Positions 11,192 through 23,743 of a stretch of DNA of 64,000 bases are shown here, one piece after another. The first letter of the stretch is position 1. The number at the start of each line of letters is the position of its first letter. The stretch is taken from the NCBI RefSeq assembly GCF_964194155.1, contig NC_135902.1, positions 52,328,001 to 52,392,000 on the forward strand, read 5' to 3'. Under the pieces are notes generated by a model. That model made no database searches. It saw only the letters and a program-made list of their open reading frames with translations, and was not told the origin of the DNA. This DNA comes from Cetorhinus maximus. Taxonomy: Eukaryota. A program made the position numbers and the translations under genes.

Positions 11192-13490
11192 GACTTTTAT
11201 TTATGACTTCTAGTTCTGGTCTCCCCTGCAAGCAGAAACATTTTCTCGTGTCTACCCTATCAAATCCTTCCAGAATTTTCAGAAGAAAAAAATCACCCTC
11301 CGCCATTTTTCTAGAGAAAAGGCCCAGCCTGATCAATCCTTTCTGATAGGGATTAGCTCAGTTTTGGCATCATCCTTGCAAATCTTATCTGAGCTTCTCC
11401 AGTGCCTCTATTTCCTCTTTATAATATGGAAACCAGACTGCAGTTTTCCTGTAGCACACTTATGTCTATCCACTTCACACTCGCTTGAATGCAGTGAGCA
11501 CTCTCTGAAGCTCCCTCACCTCCCCCAGCCAATTTTCAATATTAGACCTAATAAGGAACTTATACAGAGGAACCAATGTTCCTCAGTGCATCAGCCTGTG
11601 CGTTGAGTATAAAATTCACCAAACCAAAGTGGGAGGTGGAACATTTTCTGTTTCAGCCACCAAAACCAGGTCTATAATTAGCAATGAAGTTTAGTGCTGA
11701 ATTAGGGAGTTTTGTTCTCCAGGCCAAAGTTTGTTTACAACTGTCTTAAGATGTTTCAAACTCATTTGATATAGGATCTCCAAAGCCAATATATCAAAGA
11801 AATCTTCTTCACCCAGTTTGATCAGGGATTGAAACCAAAGACCAGAGTGTAATTCAGGGCACCACAATGTTTCCAACTATAGTGGCTTAAGCACAGAGAG
11901 GATAGAGTGATAAGGCCAACTTTCCACAACATGGCCATTTTCCTGCTGCCAGCACCCACAAGTGATCAGTTGTATTGAAATCACAACCTCTGGTTTGTAA
12001 GTCCACCAGGGCTACTGTGCCCATCACACATTCACACTGTCCCGGACAGGCTACTGGGTAGAGATGAGGAGTATCCTTGCTAATTGTCCCCTCTGCATAT
12101 CGCAGTGGCCCCATTTACTGTCTCACCCCAGACCAACTGCATTAACACAGACTGGTGACTGCATTCTATATTGTATGATGTACAAAATTAGATATCAATA
12201 GAGGATTCTACAAACACAAATTCATACCTGCCAAAAGATTGACAAGTCATTTTGTAATCTCTTTTTAAAAAAAAGAGATTAATGTAATTTTGCTCTCCTC
12301 CTTGTTGGATTAAGCAAGGCAACTTACAAATCCCTTGCAGCATTAAAAGGTCAGTAAGAACTGCGGAGTACGACACACAGTTCAGAGAAATGCTTGATTT
12401 AAATTGAGAAACTTTTGCTGTACATAACATAGGAGTTTGCAGTTATACAGCATTTCTCTGATTTATTTAATTCCATATCCAATGACAGAATGGGGTATAC
12501 AATCACACTATACAATACAGGGGCACTCCATCCTTTATAAGATCCACGTAATATAAAAATTGCAACATTAAAAAGCCTTAGTGGACAAGAGGATGGATCA
12601 TAGCCATTCATGATTTATGACAATATTCCCTCTGACCCTGGTTGAGGCTGGCAGACTCCAGTGAGGCATTTACAAACTGGGTCCTCTTCTGAGAGGAAGA
12701 CACTTGTCTAATCTCACTGCTGTCTGTAACTGGCCCTATTTATAACACTTGTGGAAGCTTTCTAAACCAAAGTTTGTAGCTTTGGGTTGAAAGGGTTTTT
12801 TGTGGGGGTGGGTGGGGGGTGTTTGGCACAGAAAGGGAGGGAAGGTTCAGAGGAGACAGAAGAAAACAAGGAGAAAAAAAGGTAAATCAAGACTGCTCGT
12901 TAAACAATATGTGTAATTAAATACTGTTGTAGCCTTGAGCTGGGAAGGGGTGGGCAGAGAGGGCAGGGATATACAAGAAAAAATACGAGTCAGCATTCCC
13001 ACTCCCAATCCCTATCCAGTGACCCCTGCTGGAATGTGTGCAGCGCTAATGTCGGATGAGCACAGGATTGGGTTTGGATGCAATGCCCCGCACAGTCAAA
13101 TAACACCCTCTTTCTTCTACTCGCACATGGATTCTTAGGCAAGATAGCAGAAGGTACCAGCAGGACAGGAGGGGAGGGTTTGTTATTTCTCCACAAGTGT
13201 TATAAATAGACTCCACGCACTCAAAATAAACTATTATGCATCGGATTTTTACATTCTTAGACAGCAGATACTATTATTCCCACTGTAATTAAATTAAGAA
13301 CCCAGCATTCTCCCACACAGTTTCACATCACTTTACTGTACAAAAAATGATTTCACAAAACACACACATATACACAGTGGACAGCAATTACCAAGTAAAA
13401 GACCAGGGGGAAAAATACCCCAGTAATACAGTCTGCCTTGAGTGTGTAATAATTCACTGTACAATAAGTACTGTCAACAAGTTGGGATCT

Positions 13491-13569
13491 TCATGGAAAA
13501 CTAGCGGCAAGGGCTTCCAGAGTGCTTTTAGGCAGCTCCAAGTGCGCACTATCCAAATAATGCAGAAAC
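13491..13569 (-). CDS. ATAD5: ATAD5 coding exon 23 (terminal)
   Basis: tttgcag|G. RFLHYLDSAHLELPKSTLEALAASFP then TGA. Total spliced CDS is 5781 nt = 1926 aa. Confidence 0.96.
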
Positions 13570-13631
13570 CTGCAAAAATAAGACCAGAGTTTGTAAATTA
13601 AAAAGAAAATGATTTGCTACAAATACACATC

Positions 13632-14280
13632 GGCCAGAATTTTTAGCTTGGTGGGTGGGCGTGTGCCTGACCCGACAGAGCGTGAAGTGATGCACGATCA
13701 GCCGAGCGTGCCGACATCAACGTGCAGTCGTGCGATAGCTCGGTTGCCGGGCACACGCCGGAGCCAGTAACGCGCCCACCGGCAATTAAAAGGCCTGTTA
13801 AGGCCATTAAGTTATCAATTGACGTTAATCTTTCACTGCCCGTTCAACCTAACGGTTGGCGAGCAGGCAAAAAAGGTCAAGCGGCCTTTGCATTTTTTTG
13901 GAAACCTCATCCACGGGTGGGATGCGGTTTCCAAAAGCAAATAAAAAAAAGTTTTTATTTTATTTGTAATTGAAAACGACAATGCTCGTGTGACAAAGTC
14001 ACATGAGGGGACATGTTTTCTTACATTTTTCTGCTCTTTTAAAAAAAAATGTCTCTTCCTCTCTAGGTTATTCAGCGCTCTCTTGCGCAAAGTTAGCGCT
14101 AGTTCCGCTCACCCTCCCTCCTCACCCCGCCCGCACAAGCAGCCCCGAGTGCTGCCACTCGCATATCGCCCTGGGCGAGCCTTAATTGGCCCGCTAGTAT
14201 GAAATCGCGGTGTGGTGCCAATCGCGGGCGGTGGTTGGCTTCCCGACTGATCCCGCACGCCAAGGGCAAAATTCTTCCCC
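13632..14280 (+). mobile_element. GC-rich MITE-like element, family A
   Basis: Termini GGCCAGAATTTT / AAAATTCTTCCC, internal GAAACCTCATCC...GGATG.GGTTTC palindrome. Homologous to the copies at 26.7, 33.0 and 34.5 kb. Confidence 0.85.
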
Positions 14281-14400
14281 ACCAGGTCTGATTGAGAGAA
14301 GACAGATGTGGGTTGGTGGACATGAATCTCCGTAGCGTACGTTCCAGGTCAAGACTAGTTTAAACTAGATCTGCTGCAGATAATACACTTCAAGCTCAAA

Positions 14401-14526
14401 CACCGGCGGGCATTGTTGCGGGTGGGATGGGAAAATTTGGAGAGCCGTTAAAAGTCAATGGCTCTCCAAATTTTTCCGTCTGGCTCGTGACGATGCCCAC
14501 TGGTGTCGGGGACGGAAAATCCCGGT
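14401..14526. mobile_element. Short palindromic MITE-like element
   Basis: CACCGGCGGGCATTGT...AAAATTTGGAGAGCC [gttaaaagtcaat] GGCTCTCCAAATTTT...GATGCCCACTGGTG, an imperfect ~45-bp stem. Confidence 0.7.
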
Positions 14527-15428
14527 CTAAGCCTCTGTAAACTGGCAGCAAAATAACAACTCAATTATTCCAAATCATCTTTGTCATTCCACCACCATCC
14601 CACCTGAACAAAACACTATCATCCCAGATTAAATCACCAAACCTAGACAAACAGATTTTAGTAAACCCTAGTGACTGGTAAATGAAGCAGTTGCACTGTG
14701 CCCACTGAACTGTGAAAACACCCAAGAATACAGTTCCAGATGCTGTCCTACTTTTTAAAGAGTGAAGTATTGTTGATGTTAGATTTGTCACTAGTGGTAG
14801 CAGTGAGAGTGAATTAAAATAGTTAGACAGCCTTAAAAACATGTGGCCCTGTGAGACTATTCCTGTGATACCAATACACAAAATAAGTTGTGATAATGTG
14901 GTTTTAAGATATCACAGGATTAGGCTAGTGCTTCAGCGTATGGCTGCATATAGGCTTGTCTGCAATTTATTATAAAGGAATATTTCCATTCTGTGAGACA
15001 AAATCAGTTGGAGGCAGAGCGGCTCCCCACAGGTAGTTTTAATAAGCGAGCAGGGCATGTCACACAGGGGCATTGACACAGGTTTTGGCCAGCTTAAGCA
15101 AGTAGCATAAGGAGAAACCTAGGGGCAGGTCCACCGTAGAGGCTGCTGTCGAGAAATAAGTGAGAGAGGAGATGAAACAAATGATATTCAGAAGGTTCAG
15201 AACTGAATCATAGTGTTTTTAATTGGTTTAGTTAATGAACTCATGGGCTGAATCTCACCTGCACTCTATCCATCCAACTGAAAGGAAAATATAATTTTAA
15301 CATTTAACTTTAACTCTGAGTGGGGATTTTAGAGTGTGAATCAGTGAAGGGAACCATTCTCCTTTGGCCTTTTGCTTCAAATAAATCTTCGCTGATAAGT
15401 CTTTAAATAAAGTTGTGGAGAAACATAC

Positions 15429-15587
15429 CTGCGTTTTAGTTTGCCTTGTTCTTTCAGTTTCTCTGTCCTGCAGATAGTGCGGAGAGCTGGCAGATATTCC
15501 ACAGCACTTGCTCTCCTGTTACCCAGACTTACAAACGCCTTGCTAGAGAATACAGTTTTCAGCACCTCTATTCTTTTAGATGCAGTG
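15429..15587 (-). CDS. ATAD5: ATAD5 coding exon 22
   Basis: TASKRIEVLKTVFSS...GNRRASAVEYLPALRTICRTEKLKEQGKLKR, phase 2/2. Confidence 0.96.
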
Positions 15588-17304
15588 CTGAAAGACAGAC
15601 AACACATGCATATTTCAGCATTTCCCAAGTTCAACCTCAGAAAAAAAATCCTTCAAAAGGTGCTACTGATCTCACATTTATTTTCTCCTGAATGTGCAGC
15701 AGCTTCTCTGATTTTAAGCCGCTTGTACTGACCACACATCTCTATCCTTCACCTTCCTGCAGCTTGATCTGGATATCAAAGTGACTGGATATCAATCTTA
15801 CACCAATCAATACTCACTACATATCAACTTGTTATTCTTTGGCAGAAAGATCAGCTTCAGTTAAAATACCCAGAGGATTGAAAGCAGAGTCTCAGTCAGG
15901 AAGGTTAGGCTTTCTTGTTGGGAGTTCCTGCGCACAGGTGTGAAATGGGACGGAATGGGCTCTTTCAGAGAGAGAGAAGGAAAGGATCTCCCTGAGTGTC
16001 TTTGTTTGACTACATAAGAAGTTATGGAAATATGACAATCGGCAGGAGGGCTAAGTGGCAACTGAGTTGAAATGTCAGCATGGCAACTTAACACTCACTC
16101 AACTCATGCAAGGAAGGGAGACAAGGGAGAGACAATTTGCAGCAAGTGATTATTAAACTTTTTGGTACTGCTCGCTTTAGTGACTTCACCAACATTTCAA
16201 AGCACTAACTAGACTTTGAACCAAATTGCTACCAAACCATTGACAGGAGCAGTTGAAAATATTTTCTAGTTACTGGAGCATATTGGAGATTTGGTGGGGT
16301 GGGTGGATGGATGTGAAGGTAGGAAACAGCGAGCTACAGGTTACATAAATTAAACGGAATTCCCCATACATTAATAATCACTGACAAAGTGACAAACTTA
16401 CTAGAGGAGTGTTGGTGCAAAGTTGAGATATTTGAAGCCTACCATTTATCCTGTACTTGTACAATACATATGCAGAATAATAACCCAAGCAGGTCAGTAA
16501 AGTGCATTTATATATTTTATCAAAAGGTTACGGTCAATCTGAACGCTGGAAGGTCGTACAGGAAATAAACAGGATGAATAACTAGTTAACTAACAGCAAC
16601 AAAAACAGGTCAAGGGAGGCATTGGCCCTTTGTCTAATGCTCTGGTATCTTTTACATCTTTTACATCCACCACAATCAATGGGAGAGACAGATCTTTGAT
16701 TTAAGATCACATCTGAAAGACAGTTTCAGGCAATTCACCACGCTACAGGAATGATCCATTCAAGGTCTAGTATGAAACTTAAATCTACATCTTTTGACTC
16801 AATCAAGTTGACAATGGATAGATTAAGGGAAAAAGAGCCCCCAAGATAATAATTTTACCTATCAAAGGATGTGTGAGGAAACACAGCGAAATTAATTAGA
16901 TTAAAAATTAAGGAGATTTCAGAGCCTGGACGCAAGGCTAAAACAGTGTGGAATCTCTCACAACATCTCTCGTCGTATAAAGAAACACATTGTGATGTTT
17001 GTATGAAATGTTTGACCCATTCTGCTCTGTTGCAGCTGAAAGAGGAAGTAATCCCAAAATAGCACTATCTCAAGTCTCATCTGGGACCGTGAAGGCATGG
17101 TTGGTTACACCTCAAAGATCACCCTTCTAAGAATGTGGATGCTTGTTCATTCTACACTCTTTCCAGGACCTGCACTAACTGAACTGTAAACAGTACACTA
17201 CAGAATGTCACTTTGGCTCAGCAGTGACATACACATTTTTTAAACAGGGAGATGAGGGTCTGAGGTTCACTTGGGCATATAATCCAGACTGGTAGCCAGT
17301 GCCG

Positions 17305-18396
17305 AAGCGGCAGTGCAGAGGGAGCGCCGCGCTGCTAGAGCGGCAGTGCAGAGGGAGCACCGCGCTACTAGAGCAGCAGTGCAGAGGGAGCGCCGCGCTA
17401 CTAGAGCGGCAGTGCAGAGGGAGCACCTCGCTGCTAGAGCGGCAGTGCAGAGAGAGCGCCGCGCTACTAGAGCGGCAGTGCAGAGAGAGCACCTCGCTGC
17501 TAGAGCGGCAGTGCAGAGGGAACACCGCGCTACTAGAGCGGCAGTGCAGAGGGAGCGCCGCGCTACTAGAGCGGCAGTGCAGAGGGAGCGCCGCGCTGCT
17601 AGAGCGGCAGTGCAGAGGGAACACCGCGCTACTAGAGCGGCAGTGCAGAGGGAGCGCCGCGCTACTAGAGCGGCAGTGCAGAGGGAGCGCCGCGCTGCTA
17701 GAGCGGCAGTGCAGAGGGAGCGCCGCGCTACTAGAGCGGCAGTGCAGAGGGAACACCGCGCTACTAGAGCGGCAGTGCAGAGGGAGCGCCGCGCTACTAG
17801 AGCGGCAGTGCAGAGGGAGCGCCGCGCTGCTAGAGCGGCAGTGCAGAGGGAGCACCGCGCTACTAGAGCGGCAGTGCAGAGGGAGCACCGCGCTACTAGA
17901 GCGGCAGTGCAGAGGGAGCGCCGCGCTACTAGAGCGGCAGTGCAGAGGGAGCGCCGCGCTACTAGAGCGGCAGTGCAGAGGGAGCGCCGCGCTACTAGAG
18001 CGGCAGTGCAGAGAGAGCGCCGCGCTACTAGAGCGGCAGTGCAGAGGGAGCGCCGCGCTACTAGAGCGGCAGTGCAGAGAGAGCGCCGCACTACTAGAGC
18101 GGCAGTGCAGAGGGAGCGCCGCGCTACTAGAGCGGCAGTGCAGAGGGAGCGCCGCGCTACTAGAGCGGCAGTGCAGAGGGAGCACCGCGCTACTAGAGCG
18201 GCAGTGCAGAGGGAGCACCGCGCTACTAGAGCGGCAGTGCAGAGGGAGCACCGCGCTGCTAGAGCGGCAGTGCAGAGGGAGCGCCGCGCTACTAGAGCGG
18301 CAGTGCAGAGAGAGCACCGCGCTGCTAGAGCGGCAGTGCAGCGGGAGCACCGCGCTGCTAGAGCGGCAGTGCAGAGGGAGCACCGCGCCACTAGAG
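17305..18396. repeat. 33-bp minisatellite, ~33 copies (CTAGAGCGGCAGTGCAGAGGGAGCGCCGCGCTA), in ATAD5 intron 21
   Basis: Visible directly; 11-aa periodicity in the four overlapping ORFs. Confidence 0.98.
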
Positions 18397-18640
18397 CTCC
18401 CTACAAGGGCAACTAGGGATGGACAATAAATGCTGGCCCAGCCACTGAAGCCCACATCCTGTGAATGAATAAAAAAAAATCTTCAGTTCTGGGGGCTGTG
18501 GTTCGAACCCTCTGCTATGGTACTATAACTCAGTTTCCCCTTTGTCTTTGTTTATGGTTAGCTCATACTAGTTTGGACATAGATACCCGTGGTCCCGCCC
18601 CATGGGAAATTCTATCCCACCACTGGCTTGTATTTTTTTT

Positions 18641-20195
18641 ACATTTTCAATACTGTTGAAGTTATCTGTACTGAACTCCATTTCAGGCATTTCAGCAAAG
18701 ATTTAAATATGCTAAAATCTTGCCTGCACTTCTAAATCTACAACTCATCTTTGCATCATCAGTGACTAACTAGACAGCCTAGATTGATACCGAGATCCCA
18801 GATTATTTACGTACATCAAGACTAGAAGAGGGTTCAAGCTCAGACTGCTAGGATACCGCGCTCCACAGTTACCCTACCTTACCAACACCCACTCTGTACT
18901 TTCTCTTTTGCCAGTTAGTCATCTACATAAATGTCCTATTCCGAAGTTAACACACTGCTCCGACTGACAATCTCAGTCTTTCACAGAGTCAGGCATTTAT
19001 AAAAATAAAACCATGGTGGCAGAAATTTTGCACAAACACTTATTCAAGAAGTTTCACAAATTTTGCAGAAGTTAGTGAGGCAAATAACACGCCAGAGAGA
19101 ACAAGATACAAGTGTCAACTGTTAAATCCCACCTTGTGATTCAAGTATGTTCTATTTGTGGCATCACAGATGCAGAGTTTGCAGTAAAATCTTTCTGACT
19201 TCCTCTTTTAAAAAAGAGGAAGGGAAGAACTTGCATTCACTGAACATTTTCAGTCTCAGGGCATCACACAGCCAACGAAGCGCTTTCGAAGTGTGTCACA
19301 CTTTTAAAGTACAGCAGTCACTTTGTGCAGTAAGCTCCCACTGACAAAAGTGTGATAAACAACCAGGCAATGTATTGCAGTGATGTTGACCGAGGGATAA
19401 ATAACAGCTCCAGGACACTGGGGAGAACTCACTTGCTCTTCTTTGAATAAAGCCATGGGAACTTTTAAGGCCACCTGAGTAGGTTTAACACCTCTTCTAA
19501 AAGACAGCACCGCTGATGGTGTAGCTCTCCTTCAGTACCACACTGGAATGTTGGCCCAGATTTTATCCTCAGACCCTGGAGTGGGGCTTCAGATTCTACT
19601 GACTCAGGGGGAGAGCACTACCCACTGAGCCAAATGGCTAGTGCAGATTCCTATACTTATAGAATCATTAAATCACTGAGATAAATACACATTTTTTTCT
19701 TCACATATAATAATGAGGGAGCCATACAATTTAAAAGCTGGGGAATCTCTACAAGCTCAACTGCACCACCAACAGGTGTTTACTGGCATTGCACCCACAC
19801 AGACAGTGCCGTACTTGGAAAAAAACAATCATTCTTGGGACGTGGGCACCCCTAAAGAGCCAGCTTTTTTTTCTTGTGCATCTCTTGGGCCTTCTTCTTG
19901 AAGCACTTACGTAGATGACTAACTGGCTAATGAGAGTACAGAGTGGGTGTTGGTAAGGGAGGGTAACTGTGGAGCGCGGTATCCTAGCAGTCTGAGCTTG
20001 AACCCTCTTCTAGTCTTGATGTACATAAATAATCTGGGATCTCGGTATCAATCTAGGCTGTCTAGTTAGTCACTGATGATGCAAAGATGTGTTGTAGATT
20101 TAGAAGCAGAGGCAAGGTTTTTAACAGCTTTAAATCTTTGCTGAAATGCATGAAATGAAGTTCAGTACAGATAACTTCAACAGTATTGAAAATGT
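18641..20195. repeat. Long inverted repeat: arms 18641-18926 and 19911-20195, spacer ~984 nt
   Basis: Manual reverse-complement alignment gives ~93% identity, with only 2 mismatches across ~18747-18900. Confidence 0.95.
19225..19635 (-). mobile_element. Ancient SINE (DeuSINE-like) inside the inverted-repeat spacer
   Basis: Homologous to 7400-7765. Confidence 0.75.
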
Positions 20196-21351
20196 GGGGA
20201 AGGTGCTCCCACTGTTAGGAGGCCCGAAGTTTGACACAGCGACGATGATGGAACTGTCAGGGATGGTGTACAACCTGGAGGTGACGGTATCCCCACGGAC
20301 CTGCTGCCCTCCTCTTCCTAGATAGTGGAGGTAACAGATTTGGGAGGTGGCACTGAAAAACCCTTGGTGAGTTTCTGCACTGTATTCTGTGGATAGTGGA
20401 TGCTGCAGTCACAGTGCACCAGTGGTGGAGGGAGTGAATGTTTAAGCCAGTGGGTGTGCTGCCGATTAACTGGGCTGCATAAGAGGATTGCTTAGTACGA
20501 CAAAACAACAGAAAATGTGGAAACACTCAGGAGGTTTGATCCATTTCCTCATGACTGGAAAATATTCGGTCAACAGCATTTACAAAAGAACAGAACAAGG
20601 GAAAGGGGAAAAGGAAAAAGAAATTGAATGTCTTGGGAAATACTTGGGTGAAGGACAGGAGACAGTTAAATGGCAGCAGGAAACAAAAGGAGGTATAGGT
20701 GAGAGAGATCAGAAATAAAAGACGTTTATAGGTGCGTGTGAGAATAGCTAAAAGAGCTGGGTACAAAGAGAAGCCTGAAAAACAGCAGGGGAGGTGGGCA
20801 GCAAAGATTCCTGCTGCCCGGATAACTAACAGAGCCTCATGTACAGGCTGCATCAGCTCGTGGCTCACTGTAGAGTAGGTTGTCCCCAATCCTAGATATT
20901 AATTCCAGAACAGGCAGAAATTTAAAGATTTAACACTGACCAAGTCTGTGAGACATAGCTCCCACATAGCTGGGCGGGTGTGTGGTCGTGCTATAAGCAC
21001 AAAGATGTTGTGCAGGGGACAAACAGGTCGTACACAAACAGTGATCCCTTTAAGAGGCACGCATACTTGGTAAGCTTAAAGGTTTGTGCAGTGCCACAAA
21101 CAGGCCAGACACAGCAAAGGGTTATTAGAGACAACGCTGGTGACAGGGTTGCTAAGTAAAAGTTATACAGTGATGCATTGCAACAGACTGAGAAACAAGT
21201 TCCAAATTTTCCCCTCCACAACTATATATAGGAGTGGGGGGAAGGGGAGGTATATATGCATAGGGAACTGTAATAACATAAAAAAATAGTATCCTGGTGC
21301 AATCCAGTGAATTAAATAATTTTAAAATGCAGTTATAAGCGTCAAACATAC

Positions 21352-22250
21352 CTGGTGTGATAACGGGAAAACTGTGTGAACACAGCATTATGGTTTTGGT
21401 GATTTGGAATGTGAAGGGTGAGCTCCTCCATTGGGTCTTTCGCTGGTTCCTCGCACTTGGTAACTGAAGGATCCACGATTTGTTGAATCTGCGACCGACA
21501 CTTCTTCCAGCTCAAGGCTTCCACAGTCGCTCTCATCTCCCCAAAGCTGTGGGAGGACCACCAATCTCCCGACTCCACACCCCCCTCATCCAACATGCCA
21601 TTTTTAATCTCTGCGGCAGCCCAGTGATAACCACTCTGTCCACATGAACCCTCTCTCTCAACCGCACCTCTGTGTAGACAGCAGTCCAAGAACGAGATAC
21701 TGTCTGTGAACTCGGCCAGAGATCCGAGACACAAAGATACCGCCTCACAACACTTTTGTTCCGCTAGTGTCCTTGGCTTCTTTTCAGTAATTTTGGAGGG
21801 ATCAGTCTCATTCCTGGAGGGACCATCCCCACTCACTCCGCTAGCTTGGCTTTCTGCTGCTTTTCCAGCAACACAAGGTGAGGTAGGAATTTCATTTGGT
21901 AAAGTCACAAAGGTATCGCTCTCATTCAGCTCTGTGTCAAACAAGTCACTGTCATCGAACAAGACGGTTTTTCTGTGTCGTTTCGTTCTGCTCGAGATTT
22001 TTACAGGGCTGGCATCGACTGATGCGTTACCATCCTGAAGCCTTCTTCCTGCTGTACATGCGGGATTGCAGACGGAAGGCTCAGCGTCCTCTGCAATCAG
22101 ATTTTCAGGCCCCGCTGGATCAGGGACAACTCGGACTGGCAGAGGCAGAAGAAACGCCAAGTTATGGAATATGAAGTCCAGCCGTCTCCTCTGGAACTCC
22201 AGGAGAATCTGCACTTGACTTCTCCACTGCTCCAGTGAAATGACCTCCTG
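21352..22250 (-). CDS. ATAD5: ATAD5 coding exon 21
   Basis: tttcag|CAG, 899 nt. LDFIFHNLAFLLPLP...CLGSLAEFTDSISFLDC...ELTLHI. Donor AG|gtatgt. Confidence 0.94.
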
Positions 22251-22900
22251 CTGAAAGGCAAATCACAAACCATACAGATACAGACCAGTATTAAGAAGAG
22301 TCACTGGAGCACCTGCTGTAACCCTCTCAATGTGTCAGAGCTTCAGAGGAAATCTACACTGCAGGCTGTTCTCAACACAGAAGCTATTTTTAAAAAAAAA
22401 TTTGGGTTCACTACTTAAAAGTTTCTTGTATCTACTCATGTACAAGGTAAACTATTTCTTCTGCTACTGTCTGTCCAGGGTGCCACATTTGACTCCCTCG
22501 AGGTAATACCTTACAACCGGTGTGTGGTGATTCCTCACAGCTGAGTTTTATATTTGCCAGTCTCTAGCAGGCTTGTCTTGTCTCTGGGTTCTTTCCATTA
22601 TGAGGCACTTCTAGTCAGCCAGATCGTTAACCTGACTCTCGGCCTCCGACCAGCAGGTGGTATGCTGGCCATTAGTTTGGTTCCTACTTTTCCACTGTTT
22701 GGATGGGCCAACTAGAAGGTTCAGGCGATCAGCTATTTAACTAATCTTCCAGTTTTAAGCTGCCTCCTCCTTTCTGTGAAGGTGCTGACTCCCTATAGGG
22801 TGGCTGCCCTACCACTCCACCACCCCCAGTATCTCGCCCCTCACATATGTACCTCAAACAAGGGAATAACGGTTTATATTTGATAGCGGGGAACAGTTAC

Positions 22901-23097
22901 CTTGAACATGGAAAAGAGATCACTTGAACATCCAGTAGTGTGTTTTAAGCCAAGCAGGTTCTCTGTGCATCCTGCGCTACATTTGGGAACATCCTGAACA
23001 ATGGAGCCGTTCTTTGATGAATTCTCCAGGGTGTCTTCAGCAGCATCAGCATTTCCAACTGATTCTTCTCGATCTGGGCTTGGAACCATACTCATTT
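22901..23097 (-). CDS. ATAD5: ATAD5 coding exon 20
   Basis: The only nearby phase-1 AG (ttgaag|AA). DVPKCSAGCTENLLGLKH...MFK|gtaact. Confidence 0.87.
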
Positions 23098-23562
23098 CTT
23101 CAATTGAACAATGATGAAATCCACATAAAAAGGTAAAGAACGTTTTTTTAAAAAAAAATAAAAAGTACATTTTTAATTTTGAAACAATTACACATTATAC
23201 TAGATATGAAACACAATATCAACCTCTGTAATGATCTTGTGGGACATATGGGATCTCATTTAAGGCCCCTCATGTCTCACAGCAATACAGCAATTTCACT
23301 AGTTGGGTTGGGAGCTGCTATTTTTTTAAAATTCATTCACGGAAGGTGGGCTTCGCTGGCTGGGCCCAGCATTTATTGCTCATCCCTAGTTGCCCTTGAG
23401 AAGGTGGTAGTGAGCTGCCTTCTTGAACCGCTGCAGTCCATGTGGTATAGGTACACCTAACAGCACTGTGGGTCAAAGTAATTCAAAATTCTTGATTCAG
23501 TATTATAAATATGAATCTCATTTGGGAAGAACCAGACTGAACATTATTCAGGTTTCACTTAC

Positions 23563-23743
23563 CTTCAGCAGGGAGAGGCTTATCCACTTGGTAGCCACCT
23601 CCAGTTCTCACCCAGAACTGCAAGTGGAGGATGCTCTGTCGTATGTCACACTTATTAAGAGCAAGTAGTGCAGTGAGGTCCTTAGTATCAGTTCTTAAAT
23701 TTTCAGCTAGGCACAAGAGCTGGAGGTAGCTGGCAACATTTGC
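23563..23743 (-). CDS. ATAD5: ATAD5 coding exon 19
   Basis: ANVASYLQLLCLAENLRTD...CDIRQSILHLQFWVRTGGG. Donor G|gtaagt. Confidence 0.96.

Noticed and set aside
17208-18455. Four long ORFs (367-415 aa) and a CRISPR-like periodicity
   Set aside because: The ORFs result from a 33-bp unit lacking stops in four frames. There are no unique spacers, no cas genes, and the context is a eukaryotic intron.
18641-20195. DNA transposon with long TIRs
   Set aside because: No target-site duplication, no transposase remnant in the spacer, and the arms look LINE-RT-derived.
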